From the human T2T-CHM13v2.0 reference genome, Homo sapiens, in NCBI RefSeq assembly GCF_009914755.1, contig NC_060933.1: DNA of 64,000 nt. One strand, 5' to 3'. How positions within the stretch are numbered: position 1 is the first letter of the stretch; each line of letters opens with the position of its first letter. Shown here in pieces: positions 58,400 to 64,000 of this stretch. The notes under the pieces are model-generated. The model had not been told where the DNA came from, searched no databases, and worked only from the letters and a program-made list of their open reading frames with translations. Position numbers and translations under genes: made by a program.

Positions 58400-59158
58400 C
58401 CATCGCCCAAGATACAAGTGGTAAGTTTAGTGTTCTTTCTATGCTAGCACAAATTTGTTTCTTCTCCACCTCTTCTTTCCTTCCACTTTCCTCTACTTCA
58501 AAACAGCTATGCTCTATCTAATTAAAACGGCTACCGTAACTGCCCACTTTGTGGGAACAAATCCATATGCCAATGTAGATAGAGACAGGAAAAAGAAGTG
58601 CAAGACAAAGGGAATATTTTCCAACATACCAACACATTGGTATCATCTAATTTTTTTTAATCTCCTCCCAAATCATGGTGTAGGTAGTACTCTCTAAGAG
58701 GAAGACAAAGGATATGGAAAGGGAATGGAGAAACTTTTTCCCTTCATCTCCCTGGAGCCAGTACTCCACTACTCCCTGGAGCCACTACTGATGCCCCAAA
58801 TGGTCTGCAAAGACCATGCTGAGTTTCTTCTAGTCTCCCCATAATACTACATTTTTCATCATTATGCAACAGGGAGCTAGGAGGGCTTGCCATCTATGAC
58901 TACCCAGAGAGTAAGCATTCATCCTGTCTTCAAAGTCTCTGGATATGAAAAGGCCAAAGCAAAAGTGTGGTTGTAGGGTCAGAATAAGATCAGTAAGAAA
59001 TATTCTCATTCCACAAGGAGAGCCCAGCATAGATATAGTTCTTGTGGTAATAGTGTAACAATGTATGAGAAACAGCCCTTTATATAAGACATCTTAACAC
59101 AATACTTGGACATATCAATGTAATGAATATGAAACGAATGGAGCACATTGAGTTTTCA

Positions 59159-60069
<911 letters not shown>

Positions 60070-60204
60070 TCAGAGTTCTCCATCACATCACATATGATCA
60101 GAATCACAAGTAAATGATGTTTGCTGTCTCACTGTACCCCAACAGAAGATACATTTTTGTAATAGTCTTCTCTTGCGTGGAATCTGTGTAGTAACCACTG
60201 AGAG

Positions 60205-60370
60205 AGAGTAGTGTATGGTGGGTAAAAGGGCTGATTCTATAGCCAGATGGCTAGATATTGAATTCTGGCTTTAGTATTTACTATCTGTATGACCTTGAGA
60301 AAGTTACTTAAACTTTTCTTTGTCTCTGTTTCCTACTTTGTAAAATGGCAGTAATACTACACTTAAGAAG
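60205..60370 (+). mobile_element. MIR
   Basis: MIR core tttactatctgtatgaccttgagaaagttacttaaac...tttcctactttgtaaaatgg. Confidence 0.8.
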
Positions 60371-61253
60371 AGAGAATCCCAGGGCCTGGAAAAAAAGCTG
60401 TACATGCTGGGACCTAGACTCCTTAATCTCTGGAAGCTTCTAGAACAGTCCTCCAATGATTCTCAGACTCCTAACAGGTTTTTGAAAGAAGTGCAATGAA
60501 ATATCCCACTGAGAACAAAAATGTTCACAGTCTGTCAAGTGTGGTTTCAAACTTTAAACCTTTTACCTTTAAAAAGCTAAATCTACTTTTCCCTTTTAAG
60601 ATTGGTAGATCTAAATATTATACTATAATTCATAAAATGCATGTGTATAAAAATACATTTAATATTATATCTTGTATAAGGTAAATATAATTATATTACA
60701 TATATGCATACACACACACACACACACATATGCCATGTTGGAACCATTAGGTTCTAGGCACCTAATATTTTATCTAATTCTAACTATACTCTAAGAAATA
60801 ATTATTGCTTTTTCCAAGCTTACTATGAACTATCTGCAACTCAGAAAAATAAACAACTTACCAAAGCTACATCCAGGTTAAATGATATGTCACTGGCAGT
60901 CTATAAAATCTTTTAAATAGAGGCCAGCTTCATCAAAAAAACAGCTTTAAGTTCAAAATCTCTTTCTACATTTGAAAGCAGCATGTTCCTAAACTTTATT
61001 TGACACTTCCCAGAATAATTCTGGCAGTATTGGTAGCTTTGAATGTGCTGCTGTGTAGTCCTAAGATATATTGGGTTTCTCAATGTCTCAATTTTCATAA
61101 TCAATAAAACTAGTACAATATCCATACTGTTTTGCTTACTGAGAGTATTCTAAGAATCAAACACAATATCGGAAGCAAATTTGTATTGAAAATTTGTAGA
61201 TGTACAGATTTACAGATTTTGATGTATCAAACATTTCAATTTACCTGAATCAT

Positions 61254-61281
61254 GTCCTTTTCTATACTACCCAGCAGGCAG
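61254..61281 (+). promoter_or_regulatory. Candidate 3' splice acceptor of the OR13D1 coding exon
   Basis: Pyrimidine tract gtccttttctatactacc followed by CAG CAG G CAG, 15-22 nt before ATG 61296. Confidence 0.6.
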
Positions 61282-61295
61282 GTGACCTAGAACAC

Positions 61296-62240
61296 ATGGA
61301 GACAAGAAATTACTCTGCCATGACTGAATTCTTTCTGGTGGGGCTTTCCCAATATCCAGAGCTCCAGCTTTTTCTGTTCCTGCTCTGCCTCATCATGTAC
61401 ATGATAATCCTCCTGGGAAATAGCCTCCTCATTATCATCACCATCTTGGATTCTCGCCTCCATACTCCCATGTATTTCTTTCTTGGAAACCTCTCATTCT
61501 TGGACATCTGTTACACATCCTCATCCATTCCTCCAATGCTTATTATATTTATGTCTGAGAGAAAATCCATCTCCTTCATTGGCTGTGCTCTGCAGATGGT
61601 TGTGTCCCTTGGCTTGGGCTCCACTGAGTGTGTCCTCCTGGCTGTGATGGCCTATGACCACTATGTGGCCATCTGCAACCCACTGAGGTACTCCATCATC
61701 ATGAACGGAGTGCTGTATGTGCAAATGGCTGCATGGTCCTGGATCATAGGCTGTCTGACCTCCCTATTGCAAACAGTTCTGACAATGATGTTGCCTTTCT
61801 GTGGGAATAATGTCATTGATCATATTACCTGTGAAATTTTGGCCCTTCTAAAACTTGTTTGTTCAGATATCACCATCAATGTGCTTATCATGACAGTGAC
61901 AAATATTGTTTCACTGGTGATTCTTCTACTGTTAATTTTCATCTCCTATGTGTTTATTCTCTCTTCCATCCTGAGAATTAATTGTGCTGAGGGAAGAAAG
62001 AAAGCCTTCTCTACCTGTTCAGCGCACTCGATTGTGGTCATCTTATTCTACGGTTCAGCCCTTTTTATGTACATGAAACCCAAGTCAAAGAACACTAATA
62101 CATCTGATGAGATTATTGGGCTGTCTTATGGAGTGGTAAGCCCAATGTTAAATCCCATCATCTATAGCCTCAGGAATAAAGAGGTCAAAGAGGCTGTAAA
62201 GAAAGTCCTGAGCAGACATCTGCATTTATTGAAAATGTGA
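61296..62240 (+). CDS. OR13D1: Olfactory receptor family 13 subfamily D member 1 (class II OR, single coding exon; 314 aa from ATG 61296, 346 aa if ATG 61200 is used)
   Basis: Uninterrupted ORF with OR motifs: N-glycosylation NYS, GN in TM1, [53 protein letters not shown]. The N-terminal extension [13 protein letters not shown]... matches my recollection of the 346-aa OR13D1 annotation. Confidence 0.92.
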   Translation: METRNYSAMTEFFLVGLSQYPELQLFLFLLCLIMYMIILLGNSLLIIITILDSRLHTPMYFFLGNLSFLDICYTSSSIPPMLIIFMSERKSISFIGCALQMVVSLGLGSTECVLLAVMAYDHYVAICNPLRYSIIMNGVLYVQMAAWSWIIGCLTSLLQTVLTMMLPFCGNNVIDHITCEILALLKLVCSDITINVLIMTVTNIVSLVILLLLIFISYVFILSSILRINCAEGRKKAFSTCSAHSIVVILFYGSALFMYMKPKSKNTNTSDEIIGLSYGVVSPMLNPIIYSLRNKEVKEAVKKVLSRHLHLLKM

Positions 62241-62488
62241 AAAACCTTGGGCATGCGATATCCTCAATGGGGCAAGAGAGCTTGTCTTTTGTATTTAGAT
62301 ACTGCAAAACCTACTGTCACGAGAGCTTGTGTGTTTGCAAAACCAACTATTAGATTCCCATTCTTTTCAACGTAGAATTTTCATGCTCATGTAACCTTCT
62401 TAATAGTGCCTTGTCTGCTGGGTTTGTAGCTGTAAGCAGTTCTGCAAACTGGCCCTATAAAAATATTGATGCTGTCCATTAAAATGAA

Positions 62489-62665
62489 TCTCTCTCTCTC
62501 ACTCAGTCTCTCTCTCTGTCTGTCTCTCTTTCTTCTCTCTCCTGCCATGTGTGTGTCTCTCTCTACTCCTCTGATTTTGTCCTCTCTCTCTATTCTGCTA
62601 CTCTCTCTCCTCTCCTCCGTATATTTTCTTTCTCTTCCTTTCTTTTCTGTTGTCTCCTTTCTCAG
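62489..62665. repeat. CT-rich low-complexity / (CT)n tract
   Basis: Degenerate tctctc runs downstream of OR13D1. Confidence 0.85.
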
Positions 62666-62759
62666 TCACTTTGAAGTGGATATATAGTTGTTGTGCAGCA
62701 TCCCTGCACAATATTGCCACCCAATTGACAGATCTGCATAATATATATTAATAGAAAGA

Positions 62760-62888
62760 TGTATATTTTTCTTTTAATGAACCAAAGTCCCCCACTCTCA
62801 GTCTATGTTGTACATGGTGGGGCTGACCCAAACCTCTGAAAATAAAGATAAGCATGGAAGAGGTCTTGGCAAAAAAAAAAAAAAAAAA

Positions 62889-62963
<75 letters not shown>

Positions 62964-63335
62964 GATGTCTAATTCCTCTAGTCATAGTGATTGGTATAGT
63001 GCAGGATGTGACCCGAGCCATACTAATTAGACTCCATCCCAGGAATGCTGCCTTTGTCAGAAAGACACACTGTTTTTTGAAATGGTGTCTAAACTGGTAG
63101 AATGTTAACTCAGAATTCCTACTGGCAACCATTGCCAATATGTGAGGACAGCATGAGAATGAAAGCAGAGCTGAGATACAGAGTGTGCTTGATGGTGTCA
63201 CTTTAACTCTTGAACGCAGCTGTAGCTAAAGCCAGATTCACCGTTGCAGATTTTATTTATGAGTCAAATTAGCATTTTATGAAAAACTAATTTGACCTGG
63301 ATTTTACCACATACGACAAAATAAATCCTAATATA
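62760..63335 (+). mobile_element. Ancient ERVL LTR (LTR16/LTR33-like) containing a microsatellite
   Basis: ccccactctcagtc...ggtggggctgaccc; agtgattgg...atgtgacccgagcc; aaatcctaatata-type end. Confidence 0.6.
62871..62962. repeat. A20 + (GAAA)18 STR
   Basis: Poly-A 62871-62890, then 72 nt of perfect GAAA units. Confidence 0.97.
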
Positions 63336-63949
63336 TTCCTTTGTCCTATCTTCCTCTCCATCCTCTTACATTTTAAGGCAATAATAATAATAACAAGGTA
63401 TGTAATCTGAGAGGTTCCAAGTTCTCCAGCCTGTAGGAGTTCCCTTTCTCATTAATAACTAAATTACAATAATCTAACCTCTATTCTGCATTACTTCAGG
63501 CATTTCAGTCATCTCCCCAATTATTTCTATGGAGCATTTACGTTTCTAATTTTTTGTTCTCATATTTTTCATCAAATTGATTTATGGACTTCTTACCATT
63601 TTTCTCTGTGCTTCAATCAATATATTGGTACTTGAAATAACTGCATTTTGCTTTTCTACATAATGTTTTTTAGTTTAATAAACATTGTCATTTGGTGGAT
63701 TATGGTAGATTACTGTGTTATATATAAATACATATAAGTAGTAATAAGCCAAATTAAGGCAGAATTCCCTTAAGGGTGTTGCATATCTGATTTTGTCCAC
63801 TCTGGGGACCAGAATCATAACTGTAATAGATTAGACAGGGCTCACTTAATTCAGTTATACAGAGATATAATTCCTAGATTATATGGAACTCAGAATTTGA
63901 CAAAAACAAAAATAACTAATCTATTAATCTACAGGATAAAAATTTTTAA

Positions 63950-64000
63950 AGCCTGGTATGGTGGTGCATGCCTGTAATCCAAGCTGCTTTGGAGGCTGAA
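63950..64000 (+). mobile_element. Alu fragment cut by window end
   Basis: gcctggtatggtggtgcatgcctgtaatccaagctgctttggaggctgaa. Confidence 0.75.

Overview
Primate (almost certainly human) genomic DNA from a class II olfactory receptor (OR) cluster, probably the OR13 cluster at 9q31 (recognised from protein sequence, not from a database search). Two OR loci lie head-to-head about 37 kb apart. One is an OR13C-subfamily pseudogene on the - strand (23538-24500, in-frame TGA in the PLRY motif, probably OR13C1P). The other is an open OR13D1 reading frame on the + strand (61200/61296-62240). Most of the rest is interspersed repeat: several old L1s, about 25 Alus including a consensus-perfect human-specific AluYa5, solo LTRs (LTR12, MER52-like, MER4-group, MaLR, LTR47-like, LTR16-like), DNA transposon relics and microsatellites, often nested with readable target-site duplications (TSDs). 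I did not find a demonstrably new biological system. The best leads are: (1) loss of the DRY arginine in OR13D1, (2) a probable intronic upstream ATG in OR13D1, (3) a sense-oriented LTR with a splice donor upstream of OR13D1, (4) a homeodomain + O/E motif cluster between the two ORs that may be an OR enhancer, (5) a strong CTCF motif, and (6) several unusual repeat rearrangements. Repeat subfamily names come from recalled consensus features and should be confirmed with Dfam/RepeatMasker.
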